From Candidatus Peregrinibacteria bacterium GW2011_GWF2_43_17 (GTDB lineage: Bacteria > Patescibacteriota > Gracilibacteria > UBA1369 > UBA12470): DNA of 64,000 bases. Position 1 is the first letter of the stretch; every line of letters starts with the position of its first letter. The notes under the pieces are model-generated. The model saw only the letters and a list, made by a program, of their open reading frames with translations, made no database searches and was not told where the DNA came from. The translations under genes and the position numbers were made by a program. Below, piece by piece: positions 50,584 through 61,970 of this stretch. The stretch is taken from contig LCFW01000004.1 of assembly GCA_000999315.1 (NCBI GenBank), positions 5,540 to 69,539 on the forward strand, written 5' to 3'.

Positions 50584-52758
50584 CATTATCATTTCCCACA
50601 GCTCCATGCATATATCTCCCCTATCCCTTCCTTCATCCGGCATGAAATATCCACCTTCCTCCTCAACCAAGATCCCTAAATCAAAAGCCAACTTCACATA
50701 TCCGGCATACCAAGCCGTAGAATAAGTATCCTTATAAGGCATCCCGTCGGAAACATCTTCATCTTCCGACACTTCATAGCCGTAAGCATTCAAAAGCATC
50801 TTCACCGCCTCAACCTTATTTACAGTGTCTTCGGGATGAAAATAACCGTCCGAATACCCGGAAACCCATCCTTCCTCTTTGGCGTAACAAACATATTTCG
50901 CATACCAATCATCATCGACATCCGGGAAACAATCTTTGTATTCATCGGGATCGGAAGTAAGCCCCAACCCTTCGACCAATATCTTAAGAAGTTCCGCCCT
51001 GTTCACAGTATTATTCGGGTAAAAATTCCCATCATCGTAACCATCTATAACTCCCATCTCCCACAAACCCATAACCGCATCATAAGCATCATTCGTAGAC
51101 TCCAAATCACCAAAAACAAACTCCTCCGTATAACCGGCGATCTCCGACGATGAAATCAAAAGCTCGTCATCCTCGGAGTAAGCCTCGATTGTAAAATAAT
51201 AAATCGTATCTGGAGCAAGTTCGCTTATTGTAGACATCACCGTCCAAGCATTTTCCACATATTCCGATCCGATATACTCACCCGAAACATCGCCGAAATA
51301 CAAAATATAATGATCTATATCCAGTTGAGAAAGCCTGTTCCATTCCAAAGTAATGGATCCGTCATCATAAGACAAAACTTCCAAAATCAATTCATCAACT
51401 TCTCTAACCTCATCTCCGGTACCCACATCTTCCCCTTCTTTATCCGTATCGCCGGTATCTATCTCGGCACCCGAATCCGCTAACGACACCTCTTCGCTTT
51501 CATCAAAATCTCCGAACTCGGCGGAATAATAATAAGCATACCCTGTATCAAAAGTCAGAACCCCGCTCCCCATTTCCGTCGTAACGGGAGAAACAATCAC
51601 GTACACAATATCAAAATCTGAGGCATCCTCAAAAACAAACTCGGAATACGTCGCATTAACATCCGACGTTTCCTCTTCAACTTTTGTCAGATAAAAATTT
51701 CCAGAAGAGTCCGCAGGAACGAAAGTGACAAGCGTTTCAACAAAATCATTTTTCGTAATGGTAAACTTAAGATCGTCCTCGGTCACGGAAGAGGTGTCAA
51801 AACCTATGTAATTCGATCCATACAACGCCGGGAAAGCTTGCGGATGAGGCATTTTATTTTCGACAGGATAAGAACTCCACAATCGTATTAAACTGACATC
51901 GGGATAATTTTCACCTTCCTGATAAGTTTCATCATGAGCCAAATTCCAAATCGTAAATTCCCTGTAAACTTCGGGCAACTCATCCCCAAGAATTTCAACT
52001 ATCTCCGAAACGGAATTGTAAACCGTTAAAACCCCTTTGGCTCCGACATCTTCACTCTCAAAATAAGTCTCCCAAATATCCACCAAAACCTCGTCATCTT
52101 CATAATATTCCGTCAAAAATATCGGCCATATTCCGAGCGCATATTCGAACAAAGTCCCATTAGGAGCAATTCCGGCAAAAATCGAATAATCGGGATAAGC
52201 AAAATAATCCTGTAAATAAGTTAAAATAATATCAGCCTCATCATACACATACTCTTCCGCCCAAACCGCAGTAGCTTCCGCGAAATTCAAACTCTGATAA
52301 GTCTCCAGAAAATAAGGGTCGTAAGAAAACTGTATACAATGCATAAATTCATGAGCGATAGTCGATTTCATCAAGTCGGAAGTCAACCAAACATCCACAG
52401 CTATATAAGAAGTCAAATCTGGCAAAGACCAAGTAGTCCCTATAGATCCTTCATACAAATACTCATATTCATCATCAAAAATAATCGGGATATACCCGCT
52501 TTCTATCGGAGGATCGAATCCCAAATCATCAATTTCCCTATCCCAACTTTCTTCGGCATAAACACCGACATCTTCAACCGTATCCGGTATTCCATCCGAA
52601 TCGGAATCGACCTGAACTTGAACTATTTTGTCGTACTCTATTTGAAAATGTTCGGTATAAAACGCGTACTCTTTAAACTCACCGGTTTCGGCAAAAGCAA
52701 CCGCGGGAAGAAAGAATAATGCCAATCCGATAAATAGGAGAATCGCTTTTGTTTTCAT
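50569..52758 (-). CDS. Secreted putative zinc metallopeptidase with FN3-like domain and three C-terminal SLH-like repeats
   Basis: Signal peptide; HExxH (TIAHEFMHCIQF); an FN3-like segment (LEWNRL..YYFTIEAY); C-terminal repeats of SLH character (FGDL...YDAVMGLWEMGVIDGY, FPDVDDDWYAKYVCYAKEEGWVSGY, YKDT..AWYAGYVKLAFDLGI). Confidence 0.7.
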   Translation of the reverse strand: MKTKAILLFIGLALFFLPAVAFAETGEFKEYAFYTEHFQIEYDKIVQVQVDSDSDGIPDTVEDVGVYAEESWDREIDDLGFDPPIESGYIPIIFDDEYEYLYEGSIGTTWSLPDLTSYIAVDVWLTSDLMKSTIAHEFMHCIQFSYDPYFLETYQSLNFAEATAVWAEEYVYDEADIILTYLQDYFAYPDYSIFAGIAPNGTLFEYALGIWPIFLTEYYEDDEVLVDIWETYFESEDVGAKGVLTVYNSVSEIVEILGDELPEVYREFTIWNLAHDETYQEGENYPDVSLIRLWSSYPVENKMPHPQAFPALYGSNYIGFDTSSVTEDDLKFTITKNDFVETLVTFVPADSSGNFYLTKVEEETSDVNATYSEFVFEDASDFDIVYVIVSPVTTEMGSGVLTFDTGYAYYYSAEFGDFDESEEVSLADSGAEIDTGDTDKEGEDVGTGDEVREVDELILEVLSYDDGSITLEWNRLSQLDIDHYILYFGDVSGEYIGSEYVENAWTVMSTISELAPDTIYYFTIEAYSEDDELLISSSEIAGYTEEFVFGDLESTNDAYDAVMGLWEMGVIDGYDDGNFYPNNTVNRAELLKILVEGLGLTSDPDEYKDCFPDVDDDWYAKYVCYAKEEGWVSGYSDGYFHPEDTVNKVEAVKMLLNAYGYEVSEDEDVSDGMPYKDTYSTAWYAGYVKLAFDLGILVEEEGGYFMPDEGRDRGDICMELWEMIMLGNL

Positions 52759-52806
52759 GTTTCGGGAGAAACTCTACTATAATACATATGTTTAACCAAG
52801 AAAAAA

Positions 52807-54762
52807 TTGTTCGCAGATATACTTTTAAATCAAAAATACTCGCAACTGAAAGAAACTTTCACATACGAAGTTGATAATTTACAGGTTGGCTCGGTCGTAA
52901 TGGCACCATATGGCAAAAAAAAACTTGGAGGAATCATAATCAACCTTTCCGACCAAAAACCCAACTTCAAAACCAGAAAAATCGAAGAGATAAATCGAAT
53001 ATATCCGCAAATGCCGAATTGGCAATTTCAAACCGCGCTTTTTATAAAAGATTATTATCTCTCATCAATTTATAAATGTTTCAAACTTTTTATCCCCGAT
53101 AAAATCTGGAACCTGCGAGGAAAATTTGGAATCGAAAAAGAAAAAAACGAAACGATAAAACTGCCGCACCTTACACTCACCGATCTCCAGAAAAAGGCCT
53201 TGAAAAGCATAGAATCCGATTCCGCGAACAAATTTCTTATACATGGCATCACCGGTTCCGGCAAAACCGAGATTTATCTCCACCTAGCATACAAACTCGC
53301 GAAAGAAGGTAAGCAAACTTTAATACTGGTACCCGAAATATCACTCACGCCTCAGACGCGAAATTATTTTAAAAAAATCTTTAAAAACAAAACCTCAATC
53401 ATCCATTCCCAGCTGACAGAATCTCAAAAAGTAAAAGAGTGGATAAGGATAAAAGAAGGCTTATCTTCGGTAATAATAGGCTCAAGATCAGCGCTGTTCC
53501 TACCTTTCAAAAACCTGGGAGCAATCGTCATAGACGAAGAACACGATTTGAGTTATAAACAGGATCAAAACCCCAGATACGACGCAAGAACCGTAGCCGA
53601 AAAAATCGCCGACCTACTGAAAATCAAACTTATACTCGCTTCAGCCACTCCTTCAATCGAAACTTATCAAAAAGCACTCAGCGGCAAACTTAAACTCCTC
53701 AACTTGGAAGAAAGAATCGGCGGCACGAAACTCCCCAAGGTCAAAATAGTGGACATGCGCGAAGAACTTAAAAAAAAGAACTTCGGAATCTTCAGCGAAG
53801 AACTTGAAAAAGAACTTAGAAAAATTCTTGCGAATAAAAGACAGGCAATCCTCTTCTTAAATCGACGCGGAACGGCATCATCAATAACCTGCCGTGAATG
53901 CGGATTCTCCCCCGAATGCGAAAATTGCTCCGTGAAAATGACTTACCACTTCTATCCGAAAACAAACTCCGGCATCCTGCTTTGTCATCACTGTGCCAGC
54001 ACCAAAAAATCACCTCTCGCATGCCCGACTTGCGGCAGTATTTACATCAAAAACATAGGACTGGGAACCGAGCGCGTTGAACAAGAAATTTACTCAATGT
54101 TCCCGGGCGCAAAAGTTTTACGAGCCGACAAAGACACGGTTAAAACACGTGATGACTTTCCCGCCATCTATAAAAAATTTCAAGAAGGTTCTGCGGACAT
54201 ACTGATAGGCACTCAAATGATTGGGAAAGGGCTAGATATAGAAAAAGTTGACCTCGTCGCGGTAATACTCGCCGACATCGGTCTTCACGTACCCGACTTC
54301 AGAGCGCAAGAGTACACTTTTCACACCCTCACCCAAGTCGCAGGAAGAGCAGGCAGAAGAGAGTCGCGCGGCACGGTAATTTTTCAAACTTACACACCCG
54401 ATAATTTCGCAATTCAGGCCTCAAAAGATCACGACTACAAAAAACTTTTTAAAAAAGAGATTTCGATCCGAGAAAAACACAATCTCCCTCCTTTTTACAA
54501 AATCATAAAACTGACATATACTGGCGACAGCCTTCAAACCTCGAAACAAAAAATTTTAAAGTCGGCGGAAATCTTCGCAAAATCTCCGGGAATCGAAATA
54601 AGCATGGCCCCGGCGTTAATTGCAAAAAGACACGGGAAATATCATTACAACCTGTTTTTAAAAGCAAAAAAATTCGAAAAAGAGACGAAAGAACAACTCG
54701 CCCAAATCCTAAAATCAGACGAAAACTTCAAGGTCGACATAGACCCTCTAATAACAACCTAA
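52807..54762 (+). CDS. priA: Primosomal protein N' (replication restart helicase PriA)
   Basis: Walker A HGITGSGKTEIY, DEEHD, the Cys-rich zinc insertion (CRECG..C.NC....CHHC....CP.CG) and the helicase C-terminal motifs. TTG start. Confidence 0.92.
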   Translation: MFADILLNQKYSQLKETFTYEVDNLQVGSVVMAPYGKKKLGGIIINLSDQKPNFKTRKIEEINRIYPQMPNWQFQTALFIKDYYLSSIYKCFKLFIPDKIWNLRGKFGIEKEKNETIKLPHLTLTDLQKKALKSIESDSANKFLIHGITGSGKTEIYLHLAYKLAKEGKQTLILVPEISLTPQTRNYFKKIFKNKTSIIHSQLTESQKVKEWIRIKEGLSSVIIGSRSALFLPFKNLGAIVIDEEHDLSYKQDQNPRYDARTVAEKIADLLKIKLILASATPSIETYQKALSGKLKLLNLEERIGGTKLPKVKIVDMREELKKKNFGIFSEELEKELRKILANKRQAILFLNRRGTASSITCRECGFSPECENCSVKMTYHFYPKTNSGILLCHHCASTKKSPLACPTCGSIYIKNIGLGTERVEQEIYSMFPGAKVLRADKDTVKTRDDFPAIYKKFQEGSADILIGTQMIGKGLDIEKVDLVAVILADIGLHVPDFRAQEYTFHTLTQVAGRAGRRESRGTVIFQTYTPDNFAIQASKDHDYKKLFKKEISIREKHNLPPFYKIIKLTYTGDSLQTSKQKILKSAEIFAKSPGIEISMAPALIAKRHGKYHYNLFLKAKKFEKETKEQLAQILKSDENFKVDIDPLITT

Positions 54763-54764
54763 TC

Positions 54765-57378
<2,614 letters not shown>

Positions 57379-58785
57379 ATGCCTCAATACAAGTATCTTG
57401 CGATAACGCAAGATAACCAAAAAATGTCGGGAAGCTTCAACGCTTCAAACGAGGAAGACGCGAGAAAAGAATTAAACCAACTTGGTCTCGCGATTTTGAG
57501 CATCGAAGAAGTTGCCGGAATCGTACAACCACCCAAAACACAGGAGGCACCGTCGGCAACACCACCGCCTCCTCCCCAACCCGTCAAACAAGCAACCGTA
57601 ATCCCCAAAAGAGAAGAAAAAATCGATCCGGGAAAAATACTGATAAAATTCGAATTCGAAGCCCTCGACAAAACCGGCAGAAAAATAATCGGCACAATCC
57701 CCGCTCAAAATAAATTTTCGGCATTTTCTCGCTTAACGAAAGAGTACCAATTCGACATCTCATACATAAGCAAAGCCGACGCCCCTCAGACCGAAAAAGA
57801 TCACGATCACCAAGAAGGAATCGAAATATTGAAAAAACAATTTGAAGATGTCGCGGAAACTCAAAAAAAAATCGGGGTGACGGTAAAAAACGACGAATTT
57901 ACGACAAAACAAGAATTACTCTTGCAAAAAGTTGACTTTGTTATTGAAAAAATCAAAAAAGTTCTAACCGACTTCGGACAAGAAATGAAACCGGAAAACA
58001 AAAAACTGATCCAGGGATATATAGACAAACTTTTAAGAATCAAAAACAGCACGAACCTCGAATACATAGAACACACCGCCGAAGATCTTTTAAGAAAAAT
58101 TCAAGATCAAGAGCTATTCCTCCATAAAGAGAATATGCAAAAACAGAGAGCCTCTTTAACGGTTGAAAGCCAAGAACTTTTAGCCTCACTGCGCTCAACA
58201 CACGCTCCCGAAAAAACTTTCAAGCAAGATCTGAACGAGCAAATAACGCGTTTCAAATATAAACCTCTTCAAAATCTCGCAAGAAAAGGGCTTGAACTCT
58301 TCAAGGAAGACCCGGAAATCACCTCCATCAAATCAATGATCAAAACCGTAAATAAACAAATATTAACCTATATAAAAATCTGGATCACGGCAAAAGACAA
58401 AGAGGCTAAAAATCACGTCGCCGAAAGTCTCAAGAAAATCTTCGAAGAGAAACAAAATCTCAAAACCAAACTTAAAGACATAAAGAAACAAAAAAGCACA
58501 AGAGTCGTCCAAGAAATCAGAAGATCGGAAGACGATACCTTTTCCTCCGAAAGCGCAAACTTCTTGGGCTGGCTCACGACATTTTATCTCGGTTATTATT
58601 TCTACTCCTATTATCTAGACAAAGAAACCGAGTCCACACTGTTTAAATATTTAGTACCGGCACTGTTTTTATGGTATATTTTGCTGGCAGGAAAAGCGAA
58701 ATTCGCACCAAAACAAACATACTTAACCGCATTCGCAATCGCATTTGGAATAATAAGCACAACATTATTAATTTTTAATTTCTAA
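57379..58785 (+). CDS. Membrane protein with two PilC/GspF-N-terminal-like modules, a long coiled coil and three C-terminal TM helices
   Basis: PQYKYLAITQDNQKMSGSFNASNEEDARKELNQLGLAILSIEE and FEFEALDKTGRKIIGTIPAQNKFSAFSRLTKEYQFDISYI follow the Y.Y.A.D..G....G...A.....A...L...G pattern of PilC N-termini. Pro-rich linker; hydrophobic C-terminus. Confidence 0.5.
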   Translation: MPQYKYLAITQDNQKMSGSFNASNEEDARKELNQLGLAILSIEEVAGIVQPPKTQEAPSATPPPPPQPVKQATVIPKREEKIDPGKILIKFEFEALDKTGRKIIGTIPAQNKFSAFSRLTKEYQFDISYISKADAPQTEKDHDHQEGIEILKKQFEDVAETQKKIGVTVKNDEFTTKQELLLQKVDFVIEKIKKVLTDFGQEMKPENKKLIQGYIDKLLRIKNSTNLEYIEHTAEDLLRKIQDQELFLHKENMQKQRASLTVESQELLASLRSTHAPEKTFKQDLNEQITRFKYKPLQNLARKGLELFKEDPEITSIKSMIKTVNKQILTYIKIWITAKDKEAKNHVAESLKKIFEEKQNLKTKLKDIKKQKSTRVVQEIRRSEDDTFSSESANFLGWLTTFYLGYYFYSYYLDKETESTLFKYLVPALFLWYILLAGKAKFAPKQTYLTAFAIAFGIISTTLLIFNF

Positions 58786-59576
58786 TGTATCCAATATTAT
58801 TTGAGATAGGTCCGTTCACATTACACTCTCTATGGCTTTTTGTGACAATCGCGTTCATTGTGGGAATCATATCTTTTGCAAAAATAGCAAAAAGACAAAG
58901 ACTCGATCTCGGCATGTTGTTCAACCACGGAATCAGCATCATCTTCATAACTCTTCTGATATCCAGACTGACATTCTTCCTGGGAAATCTGCAGTATTAT
59001 ATGCCAACATTTTCGCTCCACGGACTTTTGAGCTTTTTCTTCATAATAGATAAAGGCCTGTCTTTCTGGGGCGCACTCGCGGGCATGTTGATAATGTTCG
59101 GAGTTGTAAGTTTAAAAAGAGAAGAGAGTATCTTGAAGTGGCTAGACGCGCTAATCGTACCTTTGGGAACAGGCATAGTTATCGCCAACTTCGGACAACT
59201 TTTGGACGGACAAGCTTACGGTATTCCGACCAATCTCCCTTGGGGTATCACTTATGAAAGTATCAATGTTAAATACACCGTCCCGGTACACCCAACACAA
59301 ATTTACTCGATGTTATACGTCTCCGGCATTATCAGCATTTTGAAAAAATATCGAAAACACGAATTCCTAAAACACGAAGGAAATCAGACCCTGATAGCCA
59401 TCACATTATACTCTTTCATTAGATTCTTAACGGAATTTTTGCGAGGAGATGATGTGTCGGAAATCTTTGGCATAAGAATAGCAAGCGCAATTTCATTGGT
59501 AATATTTTTTATTTCTGGATATTGCTTGTACAAAAGGATAAAATCTTTCAAGAAAAAACCTATAATTACAGACTAA
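58785..59576 (+). CDS. lgt: Prolipoprotein diacylglyceryl transferase
   Basis: A polytopic membrane protein with Lgt-type motifs (GPFTLH, ANFGQLLDGQAYGIPT.LPWGI, YSFIRFLTEFLRGDD). Confidence 0.8.
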   Translation: MYPILFEIGPFTLHSLWLFVTIAFIVGIISFAKIAKRQRLDLGMLFNHGISIIFITLLISRLTFFLGNLQYYMPTFSLHGLLSFFFIIDKGLSFWGALAGMLIMFGVVSLKREESILKWLDALIVPLGTGIVIANFGQLLDGQAYGIPTNLPWGITYESINVKYTVPVHPTQIYSMLYVSGIISILKKYRKHEFLKHEGNQTLIAITLYSFIRFLTEFLRGDDVSEIFGIRIASAISLVIFFISGYCLYKRIKSFKKKPIITD

Positions 59577-59577
59577 A

Positions 59578-59988
59578 ATGGACCCACTAAAACTTCTTTC
59601 TCCATCTTACTTGTTTCAAGTTACACCAGGGGCCGATTTTATGTACTTTTGGCCATGCTTAGCGTTTTTTCTAGTGTTAATCGCAGGAGGATTCGTCGCG
59701 AAATATTTAATTAAAAACAGCGAAAACAAGAAAACCTTGAAGTTTGTATTCAGAAATACGACAATGAACTTTGTTTTAACCGGCGCATTCGGACTCGCCG
59801 CCTTGTTTTTCAGAGATCAAAACATGCCATATTTGGCTTTAAGACCGATACTCGCAATCATCATAATCACGGGCTTGTATTTGATAGGTAAAACCGCCTA
59901 CCTTTATTTCAAAGTCCTTCCCGTTAGCCTGCAAAAGAAAACTCAAGCGAAAGAGATGAAAAAATATATGCCGAAGGCAAAGAGATAA
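59578..59988 (+). CDS. Hypothetical membrane protein (136 aa, 3-4 TM helices)
   Basis: An open frame with hydrophobic helices and a basic C-terminus. Confidence 0.45.
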   Translation: MDPLKLLSPSYLFQVTPGADFMYFWPCLAFFLVLIAGGFVAKYLIKNSENKKTLKFVFRNTTMNFVLTGAFGLAALFFRDQNMPYLALRPILAIIIITGLYLIGKTAYLYFKVLPVSLQKKTQAKEMKKYMPKAKR

Positions 59989-60004
59989 TTAGTGTGCACA
60001 GACC

Positions 60005-60622
60005 CTAGAAGATCTTCGCAATTTTGCATTTGATCTTCCCGGCAGGCACAACGACATCAACTGTATCCCCTGTTTTATGCCCCATAATTGCATTGCCTAT
60101 TGGGGATTCGTTGGAAATCCTGTTTGCCATCGGATCAGCCTCGGTTGAACCAACTATCGTATACTCTTCGTTATCACCTTCTTTTCCTGCCTTAATAATT
60201 CTTAAAACAACTTTCGTACCCAAATTTACAACTTTTGTACCCGGTTTGTCTTTTTTTTCGGAAATAACTTTGGCATGCTTTACCTTCTCTTCAAGTTCTC
60301 TGATTCTGCCTTCAACGAAAGCTTGCTCATTTTTAGCCTCTTCATATTCGGCATTCTCGGAAAGATCACCATAAGAAATCGCTTCCTTAAGCCTTTGTGC
60401 AACCTCTCTTCTGCGAGTCGTCTTTAAATGTTCAAGTTCGTCCCGAAGTTCTTTTAAACCTTCCCTGGTAACATAAACAACCTCGTCACCATCGATAGAA
60501 ACTACGGGATCGCCAGTAGTAACATCATCATCTCCAAAACTGGCAGAAGAACTATCGGCCGGATCTTCTTCATCCGTAAAATCATCATCGCCCCATCCCG
60601 TATTTGCAAGAATCAATGTCAT
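60005..60622 (-). CDS. greA: Transcription elongation factor GreA with acidic N-terminal extension
   Basis: [17 protein letters not shown]...[27 protein letters not shown] (coiled-coil finger) plus the C-terminal FKBP-like domain. The ATG at 60622 is preferred because the longer track ORF runs into the E3 repeat arm. Confidence 0.88.
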   Translation of the reverse strand: MTLILANTGWGDDDFTDEEDPADSSSASFGDDDVTTGDPVVSIDGDEVVYVTREGLKELRDELEHLKTTRRREVAQRLKEAISYGDLSENAEYEEAKNEQAFVEGRIRELEEKVKHAKVISEKKDKPGTKVVNLGTKVVLRIIKAGKEGDNEEYTIVGSTEADPMANRISNESPIGNAIMGHKTGDTVDVVVPAGKIKCKIAKIF

Positions 60623-60640
60623 AAATTTTAAATTAAATTT

Positions 60641-60810
60641 TAAAAGACGTCTGCAAAAGTACAATTTTAATACGAAATATGCAATCTTTGAGCGAAAATA
60701 ATGAAGCGCGACGAAAACGTATCAGGGAAAGATACGATGAGAAGCGATGAATTATTTGTAGCCAAAGAGTGCATATTGCAGTAAAAAAGGTACTTTTGCA
60801 GACGTCTTAG
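60641..60810 (+). repeat. Palindromic intergenic element, copy E3 (170 nt; diverged homologue of E1/E2)
   Basis: 19-bp perfect terminal inverted repeat AAGACGTCTGCAAAAGTAC (60644-60662) / GTACTTTTGCAGACGTCTT (60790-60808). It shares internal blocks with E1 (TACGAAAT, CTTT(C)GAGCGAAAATA, CGACGAA, TTTG(C/T)AGCC(G)AAAGA, ATTGCAGTA) in the same order and spacing. The rpoD stop codon lies in its right end. Confidence 0.7.
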
Positions 60811-61958
60811 TTGTCTTTTATACGAACGCTGGTCGGATGCTCGCGAAGTTTCTGAAGAACTTTCGCTTCAATTTGTCTAATTCTTTCTCTTGTAACACCA
60901 AACTCCTTCCCAACCTCTTCAAGAGTGTGGCCGATACCATCTTTAAGCCCGAATCTCATCTCAATAATCTTTCTCTCACGAGGAGAAAGATATTGAAGCA
61001 TATCATGAATATTTTCCTTAATTAACTGCTTATTTGTTAAATCCGCCGGAGAAAGCGCGTCGTCATCTTCAATAAAATCTCCAAGCTTACTATCTTCTTC
61101 GGCACCAACCGGAGCCTCCAAAGAAACTATATCCTGAGAAATTTTCAAAACATGTCGAACCTTCTTGATATCCATACTCATTTCAGCCGCCAACTCTTCG
61201 ATCAAAGGCTCACGACCAAGCTCTTGTACAAGCCTTCTTTGCGTATGCGTAAGCTTGTTGATAGTCTCAACCATGTGGACCGGAATACGAATCGTCCTGG
61301 CTTGATCGGCAATGGCGCGAGTAATCGCCTGCCTAATCCACCAAGTTGCATAAGTTGAAAACTTAAAACCTCTGTCCGGATCAAACTTTTCAACAGCCCT
61401 GAACAAACCTATATTTCCTTCTTGTATAAGATCCAAAAAAGAAAGACCTCTACCAATGTATTTTTTCGCAATACTGACAACAAGTCTCAAGTTCGCCTCG
61501 GCAAGCGCCTTTTTGGCAGACTGATCGCCTTTCTCAATCCTTCGCGCAAGTTCAGCCTCTTCTTTCGCAGTAAGCAACTTAACTTTCCCTATTTCACAAA
61601 GATACATCCTTATCGAATCGTTCGCTATTTCCTGAAGTTGAATTTGTCTATCAGCCTCTTCGGTTGCCGCCTCTTCAGCTCCATCATCTTGTATTAAAAG
61701 TTCATCTTCCTTGGCGTTATCGCCCCAAATCATGGAGTCCTTAACATCCATAACTTTTATACCCAAATCCATGAAAACGGCATAAATCTCATCGAGAAGC
61801 ATGACGTCCTCCTCAACCGAAGGAACAGCCTTAACAAGCTCCTGATGCGTTACAAAACCGCGCTGCTTGCCTTTTTCAATAAGAGCACGGACCTCAGGCG
61901 GAAACTTAGCCAGTTTCTCGTCGGAGATACCGGTAATAAATTTTCTCGTTCTTGCCAT
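60807..61958 (-). CDS. rpoD: Primary RNA polymerase sigma factor
   Basis: Regions 1.2-4.2 are present: [69 protein letters not shown], and the region 4 motif [10 protein letters not shown]. It lies immediately downstream of dnaG. Confidence 0.93.
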   Translation of the reverse strand: MARTRKFITGISDEKLAKFPPEVRALIEKGKQRGFVTHQELVKAVPSVEEDVMLLDEIYAVFMDLGIKVMDVKDSMIWGDNAKEDELLIQDDGAEEAATEEADRQIQLQEIANDSIRMYLCEIGKVKLLTAKEEAELARRIEKGDQSAKKALAEANLRLVVSIAKKYIGRGLSFLDLIQEGNIGLFRAVEKFDPDRGFKFSTYATWWIRQAITRAIADQARTIRIPVHMVETINKLTHTQRRLVQELGREPLIEELAAEMSMDIKKVRHVLKISQDIVSLEAPVGAEEDSKLGDFIEDDDALSPADLTNKQLIKENIHDMLQYLSPRERKIIEMRFGLKDGIGHTLEEVGKEFGVTRERIRQIEAKVLQKLREHPTSVRIKDN

Positions 61959-61970
61959 TTATGAGATTAC

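Noticed and set aside
54763-54764. Possible T-box leader upstream of trpS
   Set aside because: trpS starts 2 nt after the priA stop, so there is no room for a leader. No T-box sequence was seen nearby.
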